The notes: generated by a model from the letters alone, not told the origin. Numbered from the stretch's first letter, positions 1-9,840 are shown. The stretch is 64,000 bases of DNA from Paludibacteraceae bacterium (GCA_051870755.1 JBJECE010000031.1:15242-79241), one strand, 5' to 3'. Numbers and translations: made by a program.

Positions 1-276
1 ATCCGCGTAGCCACCACATGGAGCGAAGCCGTGGCAGCAGGCACTTGTCCCGCCACAGGCACCATACGCCCGACAGCAGACCATGTGAACTACTACACCA
101 CGCCGCAAGCACTCCATCTGCAACTGACTGCCGATGAAACCATTTTCATCTACGACACGACAGGAAAATGCGTTTATCGCGAAACATTACCCGCCGGCAT
201 GCACAAAATACACCTCGGCAAAGGCTTTTATGTACTGAAAACGACCACACAAACGTACAAAATTATTATCAGTTAA
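1..276 (+). CDS. 3' end of a secreted protein with a type IX secretion (Por) C-terminal sorting domain; the 5' end lies outside the window
   Basis: Frame 1 is open from nt 1. The last ~70 aa (LHLQLTADETIFIYDTTGKCVYRETLPAGMHKIHLGKGFYVLKTTTQTYKIIIS) have the short-strand beta-sandwich pattern and K-h-h-h terminus typical of T9SS CTDs. Confidence 0.6.
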   Translation: MRVATTWSEAVAAGTCPATGTIRPTADHVNYYTTPQALHLQLTADETIFIYDTTGKCVYRETLPAGMHKIHLGKGFYVLKTTTQTYKIIIS

Positions 277-327
277 GCGCTTGTAATCAGCAAGTTACGA
301 TTTTTAAGAAAAAAGTGTCGTAAAAAA

Positions 328-359
328 TTTGGTCATATCAGAAAAAACATCTACCTTTG
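328..359 (+). promoter_or_regulatory. Bacteroidota-type promoter (-33 TTTG / -7 TAnnTTTG) for tRNA-Phe
   Basis: TTTG at 328-331 and TAccTTTG at 352-359, separated by 20 nt. The tRNA starts 19 nt downstream. Confidence 0.55.
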
Positions 360-377
360 CAGTCGCAAAACCGCAAT

Positions 378-450
378 GGTGCCATAGCTCAGTTGGTAGA
401 GCAAAGGACTGAAAATCCTTGTGTCACTGGTTCGATTCCCGTTGGCACCA
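378..450 (+). tRNA. tRNA-Phe (anticodon GAA)
   Basis: 73-nt cloverleaf: acceptor GGTGCCA/TGGCACC, D-arm AGCTCAGTTGGTAGAGC, anticodon loop CT-GAA-AA at 409-415, T-arm GGTTCGATTCC. No encoded CCA. Confidence 0.95.
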
Positions 451-451
451 C

Positions 452-491
452 AAGAAGAAGAAATTGTTGAGATTTCTTCTTCTTATTTTTT
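452..491 (+). terminator. Rho-independent terminator after tRNA-Phe
   Basis: 13-bp perfect stem AAGAAGAAGAAAT (452-464) / ATTTCTTCTTCTT (472-484), 7-nt loop, then a T6 run at 486-491. Confidence 0.85.
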
Positions 492-623
492 GTACCAACC
501 AAAACAAACAGCAGAACTACCCCACTGCACACCGAGGGCAATACGGCGTGATTATTTCACACCGCAGTGGCGAAACCGAAGACACCCCCAAAGAACCTGT
601 CATCCAGCGGAATTGGTGCGGAT

Positions 624-654
624 CAAAAAAAAATCCGGCGATACCGCCGGATTT
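624..654 (-). terminator. Rho-independent terminator for the lipoprotein gene 659..1135
   Basis: 10-bp stem AAATCCGGCG (631-640) / CGCCGGATTT (645-654). On the minus strand it is followed by a T-run (the A-run at 624-633 on plus). It starts 5 nt after the stop codon. Confidence 0.8.
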
Positions 655-658
655 AATT

Positions 659-1135
659 TTAACGCTGGTTATTACGCGATTGATTCACCGTCCAGCCCTG
701 TTGCACAAACCACAGGCTGTCCGCCGGCAGCGCTTCACCTACTACAAATAACAAATCACCTTTGCCTCGAACTTTGGGTGATGCGTCAACACGTTTTTGT
801 AAAAAATTACGAATTTGTGTTAATGCGTTCGTTCCAAGACCACTGAAAGCACCACCAACACCGTTTTCATCATCAGGTATCATAAATATTGTGTCAACCC
901 GTGTATTTGCATCATATTTTTTTATTGTGTCCAAATCTATCTGCTTGGCATTTTCATTATTAAAAAATAGTTCGACATTATAATGCGGTTCCGGCGGTAT
1001 TACCGTGGTTGTATCCTTGTCACCATTGTGTGGCGGGTTGATTACCGGTTCGTTTTCTTTATCGCATGCGGTGAAGGCAATTGTTCCGCCTACCAAGGCA
1101 AGCAGCAAGGCTTTGAACAGATTGGTTTTGTTCAT
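659..1135 (-). CDS. Small hypothetical lipoprotein
   Basis: ATG at 1135 gives MNKTNLFKALLLALVGGTIAFTAC, a signal peptide with a lipobox Cys. No recognisable catalytic motif. Confidence 0.6.
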   Translation of the reverse strand: MNKTNLFKALLLALVGGTIAFTACDKENEPVINPPHNGDKDTTTVIPPEPHYNVELFFNNENAKQIDLDTIKKYDANTRVDTIFMIPDDENGVGGAFSGLGTNALTQIRNFLQKRVDASPKVRGKGDLLFVVGEALPADSLWFVQQGWTVNQSRNNQR

Positions 1136-1200
1136 ATTGTCGGTTGCCGTTATATCCCATCGCACCATCGGGTTTAATTGCTAATTATCGTTTCGGGTTG

Positions 1201-1208
1201 CAAAGATA
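1201..1208 (-). promoter_or_regulatory. -7 box TAtcTTTG (plus strand CAAAGATA)
   Basis: Matches TAnnTTTG, 66 nt upstream of the ATG at 1135. Confidence 0.4.
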
Positions 1209-1290
1209 CTACATTTAATTCAGACAAGCACTATAAAGCCGTGTCAAAATTGACACACGTATCAAATTTCTTTCTTTAAGTTTAATATTT

Positions 1291-2691
1291 TTATCGCAAA
1301 ATCAAGCATACCACATTCTCCACATGCTGCGTGTGGGGGAACATATCGACGGGCTGCACGGCCGCCACACGATATTTGGCATCAAGCAGCGCCAAGTCGC
1401 GCGCCTGCGTGGCAGGGTTACAACTCACATACACAATGCGTTGCGGTTCGGCAGCAAGTATCACGTTCACCACGTCTTCGTGCATACCGGCACGCGGTGG
1501 GTCGGTTATTATCACGTCGGGACGTCCGTACTCGGCCACAAAGTCGGCAGTAAGAATATCTTTCATGTCGCCGGCAAAAAAGAGCGTGTTGTCGATGCCG
1601 TTCAGGGCGGAGTTCACCTTGGCATCTTCTATCGCTTCGGGCACATATTCGATGCCGATGACGCGTTTTGCCGTGCGCGCCACAAAATTGGCTATGGTGC
1701 CGGTGCCGGTGTAGAGGTCGTACACCAGTTCGTTGCCGGTGAGAGCGGCAAACTGGCGCGCCACCTTATAGAGTTCGTAGGCCTGTTCCGAGTTGGTTTG
1801 GTAGAACGATTTCGGCCCGATTTTGAACTGCAACCCTTCCATCTCCTCGTACACGGCTTCGCTGCCCTTGAACAGATGCACCTCTTGGTCGGTGATGGTG
1901 TCGTTGCACTTGCCGTTGATGACGTACAACAGCGACGTGATTTCGGGGAACGTGTCGGCCAAGTGGTTGAGCAGCGCCTCGCGCTCGGCTGCATGCTCTT
2001 CGAAAAAGACCACTACCAGCATCAGTTCGCCTGTCGAGGTGGTGCGCACCATAATCGTACGCAGAAATCCGGTTTGCCGGCGCAAATCGAAAAATTCCAA
2101 ACCGTGTTCGAGTGCATAACGCTTGATTTCGTTGCGTAGTCGGTTCGATATGTCGTCCTGCAACCAGCATTTGCGGATGTCGAGCACTTTGTCGAACATG
2201 CCCGGAATGTGAAATCCCACGCCATTCAGTTCGCCGGCATCGGCATTGACTATTTCGTCGGACGTCAGCCAGCGGCGATTCGAGCAGGTGTATTCCAACT
2301 TGTTGCGATAGCCGTAAATCTTTTTCGACCCGATGATGGGCGACACTTCGGGCAATGCGATGTGTCCCAAGCGCGTCAAATTATCGACCACTTGCTGCTG
2401 TTTGTAGCGCAACTGCTCGTCGTAAGGCAGAATCTGCCATTTGCAGCCGCCGCACACGCCGTAATGTTCGCACACGGCCTCGCACCGTTTTTCGGCGTAG
2501 CGATGCACCTGAACCACGCGGCCTTCGGCATAGTTTTTTTTCTTCTTATACAACTGAATATCAACCACATCGCCCGGCACAACGTATTGAGTGAACACGA
2601 TCATATCGTCCACTTTGGCCAACGCTTTGCCCTCGGCTGCCACGTCGGTAATGGTGATATTTTGTAATAGCGGTAATTGTTTTTTGCTCAT
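1291..2691 (-). CDS. rlmD: 23S rRNA (uracil-C5)-methyltransferase RlmD/RumA family
   Basis: N-terminal TRAM-like segment, Fe-S Cys cluster (CEHYGVCGGCKWQ), SAM-MTase core, DPPRAG motif, and catalytic Cys near the C-terminus (VYVSCNPAT). ATG at 2691; the track start at 2712 is TTG. Confidence 0.85.
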   Translation of the reverse strand: MSKKQLPLLQNITITDVAAEGKALAKVDDMIVFTQYVVPGDVVDIQLYKKKKNYAEGRVVQVHRYAEKRCEAVCEHYGVCGGCKWQILPYDEQLRYKQQQVVDNLTRLGHIALPEVSPIIGSKKIYGYRNKLEYTCSNRRWLTSDEIVNADAGELNGVGFHIPGMFDKVLDIRKCWLQDDISNRLRNEIKRYALEHGLEFFDLRRQTGFLRTIMVRTTSTGELMLVVVFFEEHAAEREALLNHLADTFPEITSLLYVINGKCNDTITDQEVHLFKGSEAVYEEMEGLQFKIGPKSFYQTNSEQAYELYKVARQFAALTGNELVYDLYTGTGTIANFVARTAKRVIGIEYVPEAIEDAKVNSALNGIDNTLFFAGDMKDILTADFVAEYGRPDVIITDPPRAGMHEDVVNVILAAEPQRIVYVSCNPATQARDLALLDAKYRVAAVQPVDMFPHTQHVENVVCLILR

Positions 2692-2709
2692 TGGGCTGAT
2701 TTTTTTTTG

Positions 2710-2717
2710 CAAAAATA
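2710..2717 (-). promoter_or_regulatory. -7 box TAttTTTG for rlmD
   Basis: Plus strand reads CAAAAATA, 19 nt upstream of the ATG at 2691. Confidence 0.4.
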
Positions 2718-2749
2718 CAAAAAAAATGCCATTTGAAAGTTTTTTTTAC

Positions 2750-2757
2750 TAACTTTG
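2750..2757 (+). promoter_or_regulatory. -7 box TAacTTTG for the GNAT gene
   Basis: Matches TAnnTTTG, 29 nt upstream of the ATG at 2786. Divergent from the rlmD promoter. Confidence 0.45.
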
Positions 2758-2785
2758 TAGGGAATTTCTGTGTCCACTTATTGCC

Positions 2786-3319
2786 ATGCCCTATCTCACT
2801 TCTGACAGACTTACGCTGCGCGCCCCCGAACCCGAAGATTTGGATATCTTTTATCGTTGGGAAAACGACACGGCGCTGTGGGCTTTCGGTTGCGCCATCG
2901 AGCCCTATTCGCGCTATGCTTTGCGGCAATACATCGCCACAGCCGACCAAGACATCTACGCAAAACGCCAACTGCGACTGATGCTGGAACGGCGCACCGA
3001 CAAAACGGTCGTCGGAGCGGTCGATTTGTTCGATTTCGACCCTTTGCACCGACGTGCAGGCGTGGGCGTGTTGGTCGATAGGCAGTTTATGCGCCAAGGT
3101 TTTGCGGCCGAAGCCTTGACGTTGCTGGTCGAGTATGCGTTCGGCATGCTGCACCTCAAACAGTTGTATGCGCATGTGCCGGCCGACAACGCCGCTTGTC
3201 GGGCGTTGTTTGACCACGCTACGGCATTCGTGCATACGGCCACATTGCGCAGTTGGCTGCAACGCGACAACACTTACGTCGATGTCGAACTATGGCAACT
3301 CATCAATAACGCTTTGTAA
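2786..3319 (+). CDS. GNAT family N-acetyltransferase (RimJ/RimL-like)
   Basis: 177 aa. The N-terminus LTSDRLTLRAPEPEDLDIFYRWEND and the acetyl-CoA motif region RQGFAAEAL are typical of RimJ/RimL-type GNATs. Confidence 0.75.
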   Translation: MPYLTSDRLTLRAPEPEDLDIFYRWENDTALWAFGCAIEPYSRYALRQYIATADQDIYAKRQLRLMLERRTDKTVVGAVDLFDFDPLHRRAGVGVLVDRQFMRQGFAAEALTLLVEYAFGMLHLKQLYAHVPADNAACRALFDHATAFVHTATLRSWLQRDNTYVDVELWQLINNAL

Positions 3320-3345
3320 ATCAATAATATAATTAACAATCGCAC

Positions 3346-3375
3346 AAGACTTTCGCTGCCGAAAGTCTTTTTTTT
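3346..3375 (+). terminator. Rho-independent terminator after the GNAT gene
   Basis: 10-bp perfect stem AAGACTTTCG / CGAAAGTCTT with a 4-nt loop, running into a T8 tract. Confidence 0.85.
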
Positions 3376-3384
3376 GTGCAAAAA

Positions 3385-3416
3385 TTTGGAGAATAGAAAC
3401 AAAAGAACTACCTTTG
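3385..3416 (+). promoter_or_regulatory. Bacteroidota-type promoter (-33 TTTG / -7 TAccTTTG)
   Basis: TTTG at 3385-3388 and TAccTTTG at 3409-3416, separated by 20 nt. It lies ~67 nt upstream of the ATG at 3483. Confidence 0.55.
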
Positions 3417-3482
3417 CGCTCAAATTTAATAGGTCTATTAAATAACTCTATTAAAAACATCAAACACATCAATGCTTTCTGT

Positions 3483-5279
3483 ATGAAACACGCACATACA
3501 AACAGGTTCTGTTTAGGTGTCGATATTGGTTCGACCACGTTGAAAATCGCTCTGCTCGATGCCGACGGGCGCCTTGTTTTTTCGGATTATCGTCGCCACA
3601 ATGCCGACATACGCACGACCGCCTGCGCCGTTGTTCGGCAACTGTACAATACGTTCGGCGACATCGATTTGCACATCGTACTGACAGGTTCCGTGGGCAT
3701 GGGCTTTGCCGAACGACTCGGCTATGCCTTTGTGCAAGAGGTGGTGGCTGCCGCCGAAACCGTCAAGCGCCAATATCCGGACGTGCATACGTTCATCGAT
3801 ATGGGCGGCGAGGATTCCAAAATGATTTTTTTCGAGCAAGGCAAAGTGCCCGACATCCGCATGAACGGCAGTTGTGCCGGCGGTACCGGCGCATTCATCG
3901 ACCAAACGGCCACGTTGCTCGGTGTCGATACGGCACAACTCGACACGCTGGCTGCGCAATCGACCACGCTCTACCCCATCGCATCGCGCTGCGGCGTATT
4001 CTCCAAAACCGACATTCAGAATCTGGTGGCACGCAATGTCAGTCGCGCCGATATTGCGGCGTCGGTGTTCAATGCGGTGGCTATGCAAGTGGTGGCATCG
4101 TTGGCACGCGGCATGGACATCGTGCCGAAAGTCTTTTTCTGTGGCGGTCCGTTCGCTTTTTTGCCACACTTGAAACAGCATTTCATGCAGGTGCTCGGTT
4201 TGGCGCCCGATGATTGCATTCTACCCGACAATGCGCAGTTGATACCGGCAATCGGTTGTGCGTTGTTGGCGCCAACCATGAGCAAGGCGCCGGTGCGTTT
4301 GGCCGAAGTGATTTATCTGCTGCGTTTTGCGCACAACGCCACACCACCCGACCTGACACAACGTCTGCCACCACTTTTTGCATCGAAAACGGAATACGAC
4401 ACGTGGTTTTGCGCCAAAACGGGGCACAACGTGCCACGCGCCAAGTTCGTTACCGACGAACCGGCCGAGTATTATTTAGGTGTCGATTCGGGCAGCACAA
4501 CTACCAAATTGGTGTTGCTGAATGTGAACGGCCAAGTCGTCTATACCGACTACCGCCGCAACCAAGGAGATAGTTTCAAGACATTCGCCGACGCGCTGCA
4601 AAAACTGTACAGCGTAACCGAACATCCTGAAAATGTGAACATTATCAGAAGTTGCGCGACCGGTTATGGCGAAAATTTGCTGCGTACGGCGTTCAACCTC
4701 GACGACGGCATTGTGGAAACGATGGCGCACTTTTCGGCAGCCGCGCACATCGACCCTGATGTATCGTTTGTACTCGACATCGGCGGCCAGGATATGAAAG
4801 CCATCTTCGTGGAAAACGGCGCCATTCGCCGCATCGAAATCAACGAAGCCTGCTCGTCGGGTTGCGGATCGTTCATCGAAACGTTTGCCAACATGCTCGG
4901 ATACCAAGTGGCCGATTTTGCACAGTTGGCCTGCACGGCCGCACATCCATGCGACCTCGGCACGCGCTGCACCGTATTCATGAACTCGAAAGTGAAACAA
5001 GCCATGCGCGAAGGCGCTCCCGTAGCCGACATTGCTGCCGGATTCAGTTATTCGGTCGTCAAAAACTGTCTTTTCAAAGTACTGAAACTCAAACATATAG
5101 ACGAACTCGGCAAAAACATCGTAGTACAAGGCGGCACGTTCCGCAACCACTCCATTGTGCGTGCATTGGAACTGATGACGGGTTGCGACGTGTCATTCTC
5201 CGACATTCCCGAACTGATGGGCGCCTACGGAGCAGCCTTATTCGCCCACAAAGCAGACAAATCACCATTAAAACAATAA
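3483..5279 (+). CDS. Double BcrAD/BadFG (HgdC-like) ATPase, 'CoA-substrate-specific enzyme activase' type
   Basis: Two tandem ASKHA modules begin at [14 protein letters not shown] and [14 protein letters not shown]. Each has an activator-type Cys motif ([26 protein letters not shown]). Confidence 0.85.
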   Translation: MKHAHTNRFCLGVDIGSTTLKIALLDADGRLVFSDYRRHNADIRTTACAVVRQLYNTFGDIDLHIVLTGSVGMGFAERLGYAFVQEVVAAAETVKRQYPDVHTFIDMGGEDSKMIFFEQGKVPDIRMNGSCAGGTGAFIDQTATLLGVDTAQLDTLAAQSTTLYPIASRCGVFSKTDIQNLVARNVSRADIAASVFNAVAMQVVASLARGMDIVPKVFFCGGPFAFLPHLKQHFMQVLGLAPDDCILPDNAQLIPAIGCALLAPTMSKAPVRLAEVIYLLRFAHNATPPDLTQRLPPLFASKTEYDTWFCAKTGHNVPRAKFVTDEPAEYYLGVDSGSTTTKLVLLNVNGQVVYTDYRRNQGDSFKTFADALQKLYSVTEHPENVNIIRSCATGYGENLLRTAFNLDDGIVETMAHFSAAAHIDPDVSFVLDIGGQDMKAIFVENGAIRRIEINEACSSGCGSFIETFANMLGYQVADFAQLACTAAHPCDLGTRCTVFMNSKVKQAMREGAPVADIAAGFSYSVVKNCLFKVLKLKHIDELGKNIVVQGGTFRNHSIVRALELMTGCDVSFSDIPELMGAYGAALFAHKADKSPLKQ

Positions 5280-5282
5280 ATT

Positions 5283-5966
5283 ATGGAACTGACAGAAATT
5301 ATCAAATTGCGCCATTCCGTCCGCACCTATTCCAACAAAGCATTACCTGCCGATGTGCTGACTGCACTGCGTACACGCATCGAAACATGCAATGCCGAAA
5401 GCGGCTTGTTCATGCAACTCGTTACCGATGAGCCGAAGGCTTTTAGCGGGACATTGGCACACTACGGCAAATTTTCCGGCGTCAGCAACTACATTGCGCT
5501 GGTTGGCAAAAAATCGCCATGGTTAGACGAATTGTGCGGCTACTATGGCGAACAAATCGTACTTTTGGCGCAACAACTCGGCCTCAACACCTGCTGGGTG
5601 GGCATGACGTACAGCAAAATACTCGACCGCATTGCCATACACAAAGGCGAAAAACTGTGCGCCGTCATCGCCATAGGCTACGGCCTGACACAAGGAGTGC
5701 CACACAAAATCAAAACTTTCGACGACGTGGTCGAAAAGGCCGCCGGCACAGATTTTCCGCAGTGGTTTCGCCGTGGCGTAGAAGCCGCACTATTGGCTCC
5801 GACAGCCGTCAATCAGCAGAAATTCAAATTTGCATTACACGACAAGACCGTGTCATTGAAAGCCGGCTGGGGATTTTTCGCCAAAGTCGATTTGGGAATT
5901 GTCCGCTACCATTTTGAAATCGGCGCCGGCACACAGCACTTCACTTGGCAACGACCATTAGTCTAA
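5283..5966 (+). CDS. Nitroreductase-family flavoprotein
   Basis: 227 aa. The N-terminus IIKLRHSVRTYSNKALPADVL is the classic nitroreductase FMN-binding opening. It is packed 3 nt after the upstream stop, and its own stop abuts the next ATG. Confidence 0.75.
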   Translation: MELTEIIKLRHSVRTYSNKALPADVLTALRTRIETCNAESGLFMQLVTDEPKAFSGTLAHYGKFSGVSNYIALVGKKSPWLDELCGYYGEQIVLLAQQLGLNTCWVGMTYSKILDRIAIHKGEKLCAVIAIGYGLTQGVPHKIKTFDDVVEKAAGTDFPQWFRRGVEAALLAPTAVNQQKFKFALHDKTVSLKAGWGFFAKVDLGIVRYHFEIGAGTQHFTWQRPLV

Positions 5967-8483
5967 ATGCTACAACATATAAACAAAAAAATACAAATTA
6001 ACAGAATGAACCTCAACGAGTTAATAAAATCGAACGCCTACGATACCACATTTGAAACCTGTAGCGGCTGCGAAAACCACTGCAATGTCAAATTGTTCCG
6101 CTTTGCCAACGGGAACACATTCGCTTCGGGCAACAACTGCGAAAAAATCTACTCGAATACGCACGAATCCGTACGCAAAGGCATCAATATGTTTGCCGAA
6201 AAGCAAACATTACTCTTTGGCCGAAAATCTATAAAATCGCCTGAACGACAACAAGTTATAGGCATTCCGCGCGGTTTGGGCATTTACGAGAATTATCCGT
6301 TTTGGCACACGCTGTTCACCTTTTGCGGATTCAAAGTGCAACTGTCGAAACCATCGACCAACAAACTGTACGAAAGCGGTTTACGCACCGTCATGGCCGA
6401 CAACATCTGTTTTCCGGCCAAACTGATGCACGGACACATTTTCGATTTGGTGGCGCGCAAAGTCGATCGCATTTTTTATCCGTGGGTGGTGTTCGAACAA
6501 AAAGAAGATGCCTGCTCGAAAAACAGTTTCAACTGTCCGATTGTCAGCGGCTACAGCGATGTGCTGAAAAGCGCCATCGACACCGAAAAACACTACGGCA
6601 TTCCGTTCGATGCGCCGGTCGTATCGTTCAACGACGACAAACTGCTCGAAAAATCGTGCGTCGCATATTTGCACACGCTGGGTGTTGCCAAAAACGAGGC
6701 CAAACAAGCCGTCGTGGCCGCCAAAGCAGCCCAACACGCCTATATCTCACAACTCACCGAACGCGCCAACGCCATTTTGGAACGTGCCACGGCAGAACAC
6801 CGCATGGTCATTCTGCTAGCCGGACGCCCATACCACACCGACCCGCTCATCGAACACAAAATAGCGCAAGCCATCGCCGATATGGGCATCGACGTGATTA
6901 CCGAGCATGTGGCCACCAACAGCGGCTCCGACGTGTACAACGAACTGAACGCCTTGAGCCAATGGGCGTACCCGAACCGCATTTTCAAGGCGGCCTATTT
7001 TGCTGCCAAATATCCGCACAACAATCTGCAATTCGTCGAACTGACAAGTTTCGGCTGCGGCCCCGACGCCTTCATTCTCGACGAAGTGAATGCCGTGCTG
7101 CGGCGTTACAATAAGAACCTGACCATCTTGAAAATAGACGACGTGAACAACATCGGGTCGCTACGCCTGCGCATACGCTCGCTGGTCGAATCGACCAAAA
7201 CGGCCGCGCCCGCCACCACAACCCCGAAACCTTATATCACGACCAAAATTTTCGATATTGACGACCGGCGACGCACACTGCTCGCGCCCTACTTTGCCGA
7301 AGGCTATTCCGAATTTCTGCCATCAGTCTTCAAATTGGCAGGCTACAAACTCATCAATCTGCCAACCGGAAACCAAGCAGCAGCCGAAACCGGACTGCGC
7401 TTTGCCAACAACGACATCTGCTATCCGGCAACCATTGTCGTAGGCAGCATTATGAACGCTCTCGAAAGCGGGCAATACAACCGCGACGAGGTGGCCGTCA
7501 TCATCACACAAACAGGTGGACAATGCCGCGCCAGCAACTACTATTCGCTCATCAAAAATGCCATGGTATCGGCCGGATTTCAGGATATTCCCGTCGTGTC
7601 GATGGCCACAGGGCCGGGCATCAGCAACCATCAGCCGGGATTTTCGCTCGCATGGCGCAAATTGACCAACATCGTTCTGGACGTCATGTTCTATGCCGAC
7701 TGCATCGCCAAAATGTACTATGCAAGTGCCGTGCGCGAAACCGTCAAAGGCGAGGCCAAACGCCTGCGACAACACTACATCGAGGCCGCATTTCCGCTCG
7801 TCGAAACAAACGATAGCAAAGCCCTGAAACGACTTTTGAAAGAAGCGGCTTGCGCGTTCGCCCGTATCGTCGATACTTCGCGGCGCGTGCCGGTCATCGG
7901 GCTGGTCGGCGAAATATATGTGAAATACAACGGTTTCAGCCACAAATTTGTGGTCGATTGGCTGGTCGAACAAGGCGTTGAAGTGGTGCCGCCCGCACTG
8001 ACAGGCTTTTTCTCGACCTCGTTCGTCAGCAACCACGCCAACCGCCAACTGCACATAAAACCCGAAAAACGCCCGCTGTGGCTCAACGATGCCATCTACA
8101 AATATGTGTGGCGGCGTTCGCAACAATTCGACGACCTATGCCAACCATTCCCCTTTTACCGCAAATTCGTGAGCATTTTCGACTATGCGCGGCTCTCCGA
8201 ACAGGTCATCAGCACGGCAGCCGACTTTGGCGAAGGCTGGTTCCTGCCCGGCGAGATTTGCCACTTGGCCGAAAGCGGCATACAAAACGTGGTCAGCCTG
8301 CAACCGTTCGGCTGCATCGCCAACCACATCATTTCCAAAGGCATTGAGAAAAAAATCAAACAAGTTTATCCGCAGTTAAGCCTGCTGTTCCTCGACTTCG
8401 ACAGCAGCACCTCCGAAGCCAACGTGTTCAACCGCCTGCATTTTATGGTCGAAAACTGCAAACATCAACTAAAAAATAACTAA
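5967..8483 (+). CDS. Acyl-CoA dehydratase activase-related protein (DUF2229 / HgdB-like large partner)
   Basis: 838 aa. It opens with the Cys motif CSGCENHCNV. Its length and two-lobed layout match the C-terminal two thirds of the ~1400-aa fused 'activase' proteins. Confidence 0.7.
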   Translation: MLQHINKKIQINRMNLNELIKSNAYDTTFETCSGCENHCNVKLFRFANGNTFASGNNCEKIYSNTHESVRKGINMFAEKQTLLFGRKSIKSPERQQVIGIPRGLGIYENYPFWHTLFTFCGFKVQLSKPSTNKLYESGLRTVMADNICFPAKLMHGHIFDLVARKVDRIFYPWVVFEQKEDACSKNSFNCPIVSGYSDVLKSAIDTEKHYGIPFDAPVVSFNDDKLLEKSCVAYLHTLGVAKNEAKQAVVAAKAAQHAYISQLTERANAILERATAEHRMVILLAGRPYHTDPLIEHKIAQAIADMGIDVITEHVATNSGSDVYNELNALSQWAYPNRIFKAAYFAAKYPHNNLQFVELTSFGCGPDAFILDEVNAVLRRYNKNLTILKIDDVNNIGSLRLRIRSLVESTKTAAPATTTPKPYITTKIFDIDDRRRTLLAPYFAEGYSEFLPSVFKLAGYKLINLPTGNQAAAETGLRFANNDICYPATIVVGSIMNALESGQYNRDEVAVIITQTGGQCRASNYYSLIKNAMVSAGFQDIPVVSMATGPGISNHQPGFSLAWRKLTNIVLDVMFYADCIAKMYYASAVRETVKGEAKRLRQHYIEAAFPLVETNDSKALKRLLKEAACAFARIVDTSRRVPVIGLVGEIYVKYNGFSHKFVVDWLVEQGVEVVPPALTGFFSTSFVSNHANRQLHIKPEKRPLWLNDAIYKYVWRRSQQFDDLCQPFPFYRKFVSIFDYARLSEQVISTAADFGEGWFLPGEICHLAESGIQNVVSLQPFGCIANHIISKGIEKKIKQVYPQLSLLFLDFDSSTSEANVFNRLHFMVENCKHQLKNN

Positions 8484-8488
8484 TTTTG
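8481..8488 (+). promoter_or_regulatory. -7 box TAatTTTG for the TetR gene
   Basis: Overlaps the TAA stop of the upstream gene and lies 17 nt before the ATG at 8505. Confidence 0.45.
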
Positions 8489-8504
8489 CAAAAACATTTT
8501 GCGT

Positions 8505-9122
8505 ATGAAAAACAATAATTCCCTCGAAGAACAAATTTTGGCCGCTGCCGAAGAACTATTCATCCAAAAAGGATTCACCGAAACCTCCACAACCGACATT
8601 GCCAAAAAAGTGGGCTGCAACCAAGCGTTGGTGCATTACTATTTCCGCACCAAAGACAATTTGTTCGAACAAATTTTTCTGCAAAAAGTCGAATTTGCCT
8701 TATCGTGTGCCGATTCATATCGGTTCAACGGCAACTTCAAAGAACTCATCACCACGATGATTACAAACTATTTCAAGTTGTTGGACGAAAATCGGAAACT
8801 ACCATTTTTTGTACTGAACGAATTGATTATCAATGACAAACGACGTGAACTCATCAAAAAACACATCATCGAAAACCGACACAGACAAAAAATCTACTAT
8901 GCGCTCGATCAAATCGTACAAAACGAAAGTCGTTGCGGCCACATCCGCCCTATCGAAACACTCGATTTACTGCTGAATATCGTGGCCTTAACCATCTCTA
9001 CTTTCATATTCTTGCCAATATACGCCGATTGGCTGCAAAAAAACGAAGAAGAACAAACCGCATTTATCGAACATCGAAAAAACGTTATCATCAATCTGAT
9101 AATGACCGATTTAGAACCGTAA
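8505..9122 (+). CDS. TetR/AcrR family transcriptional regulator
   Basis: N-terminal HTH: ILAAAEELFIQKGFTETSTTDIAKKVGCNQALVHYYFRTKDNLF. Confidence 0.85.
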   Translation: MKNNNSLEEQILAAAEELFIQKGFTETSTTDIAKKVGCNQALVHYYFRTKDNLFEQIFLQKVEFALSCADSYRFNGNFKELITTMITNYFKLLDENRKLPFFVLNELIINDKRRELIKKHIIENRHRQKIYYALDQIVQNESRCGHIRPIETLDLLLNIVALTISTFIFLPIYADWLQKNEEEQTAFIEHRKNVIINLIMTDLEP

Positions 9123-9189
9123 TCGCAACCTTTGGCACGCATTTTGTTATATGGAAATCATCTTTTATTAACCAAAAAAACTAATAATT

Positions 9190-9816
9190 ATGCAAAACAT
9201 TTTGATGCATGCGGCCGACAAAGCACGCCGCGTGGTAAAAAATTGGTGGTTGATGCTGCTGGCTGGCTTACTCATTGTGGCAGCCGGCATCGTGGTATTT
9301 TGCTTTCCGGTGGAAAGTTATGTGGCATTAAGCCTCTTTTTCGGTCTGGCTATGGTGGTGTCTGGGCTTGTGCAATTGGTACTCGCGTTCGATAGTCGCA
9401 ACTATTTCATGACACGCGGCTACGTCATCGTGGGCGGCATCGTCGATATGCTGTTGGGCATTTTTCTGTGCTGCAAACCGAATATTACACTGATGATTTT
9501 GCCCTTCGTACTTGGATTTTGGATGCTGTACCACAGTTTCATGATCATCGGGTTCGCCGGCGATTTGCGCACATTCGGTGTACGCGGCAGCGGATGGACT
9601 ATCTTTGGCGGCATTGTGCTGCTGCTGTTGTCGATACTGATTCTGATTCAGCCGTTCGCCATCGGCACACGAGTCGTTATCGGACTGACGGGATGCGCCC
9701 TCGTAGTGGCCGGCGCCGATATGTGCTACATTGCATTCCGCCTGAAAAACATACACAAACACATCACCGAACGTTTCAAAGAATACGGCATCGAAGATGC
9801 CGAAATTGTGGAATAG
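9190..9816 (+). CDS. HdeD/DUF308 family membrane protein
   Basis: 208 aa with six predicted TM helices and repeated G-x-x-x-G-h-h patterns typical of DUF308. Confidence 0.6.
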   Translation: MQNILMHAADKARRVVKNWWLMLLAGLLIVAAGIVVFCFPVESYVALSLFFGLAMVVSGLVQLVLAFDSRNYFMTRGYVIVGGIVDMLLGIFLCCKPNITLMILPFVLGFWMLYHSFMIIGFAGDLRTFGVRGSGWTIFGGIVLLLLSILILIQPFAIGTRVVIGLTGCALVVAGADMCYIAFRLKNIHKHITERFKEYGIEDAEIVE

Positions 9817-9840
9817 CACGCTGCTGCTACCAACCACAGC

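Noticed and set aside
419-846. ORFs of 110 and 141 aa starting inside tRNA-Phe and running through its terminator.
   Set aside because: They overlap a confident tRNA and two terminators and have non-protein-like composition. They are spurious.
378-1135. tRNA-Phe as an integration site for a genomic island.
   Set aside because: No integrase is present, no duplicated tRNA 3' end occurs downstream, and the neighbouring genes have host-like composition.
1236-1251. The palindrome GTGTCAAAATTGACAC downstream of rlmD as a terminator.
   Set aside because: The stem is only 6-7 bp and AT-rich, the loop is minimal, and there is no U-tract. This is insufficient evidence.
2534-2541. Homopolymer tracts inside coding regions (T8 at 2534-2541 in rlmD, A8 at 22501-22508 in the AddA-like gene) as phase-variation switches.
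   Set aside because: They encode ordinary Lys or Phe runs in housekeeping genes. The tracts are short, and a single sequence gives no evidence of length variation.
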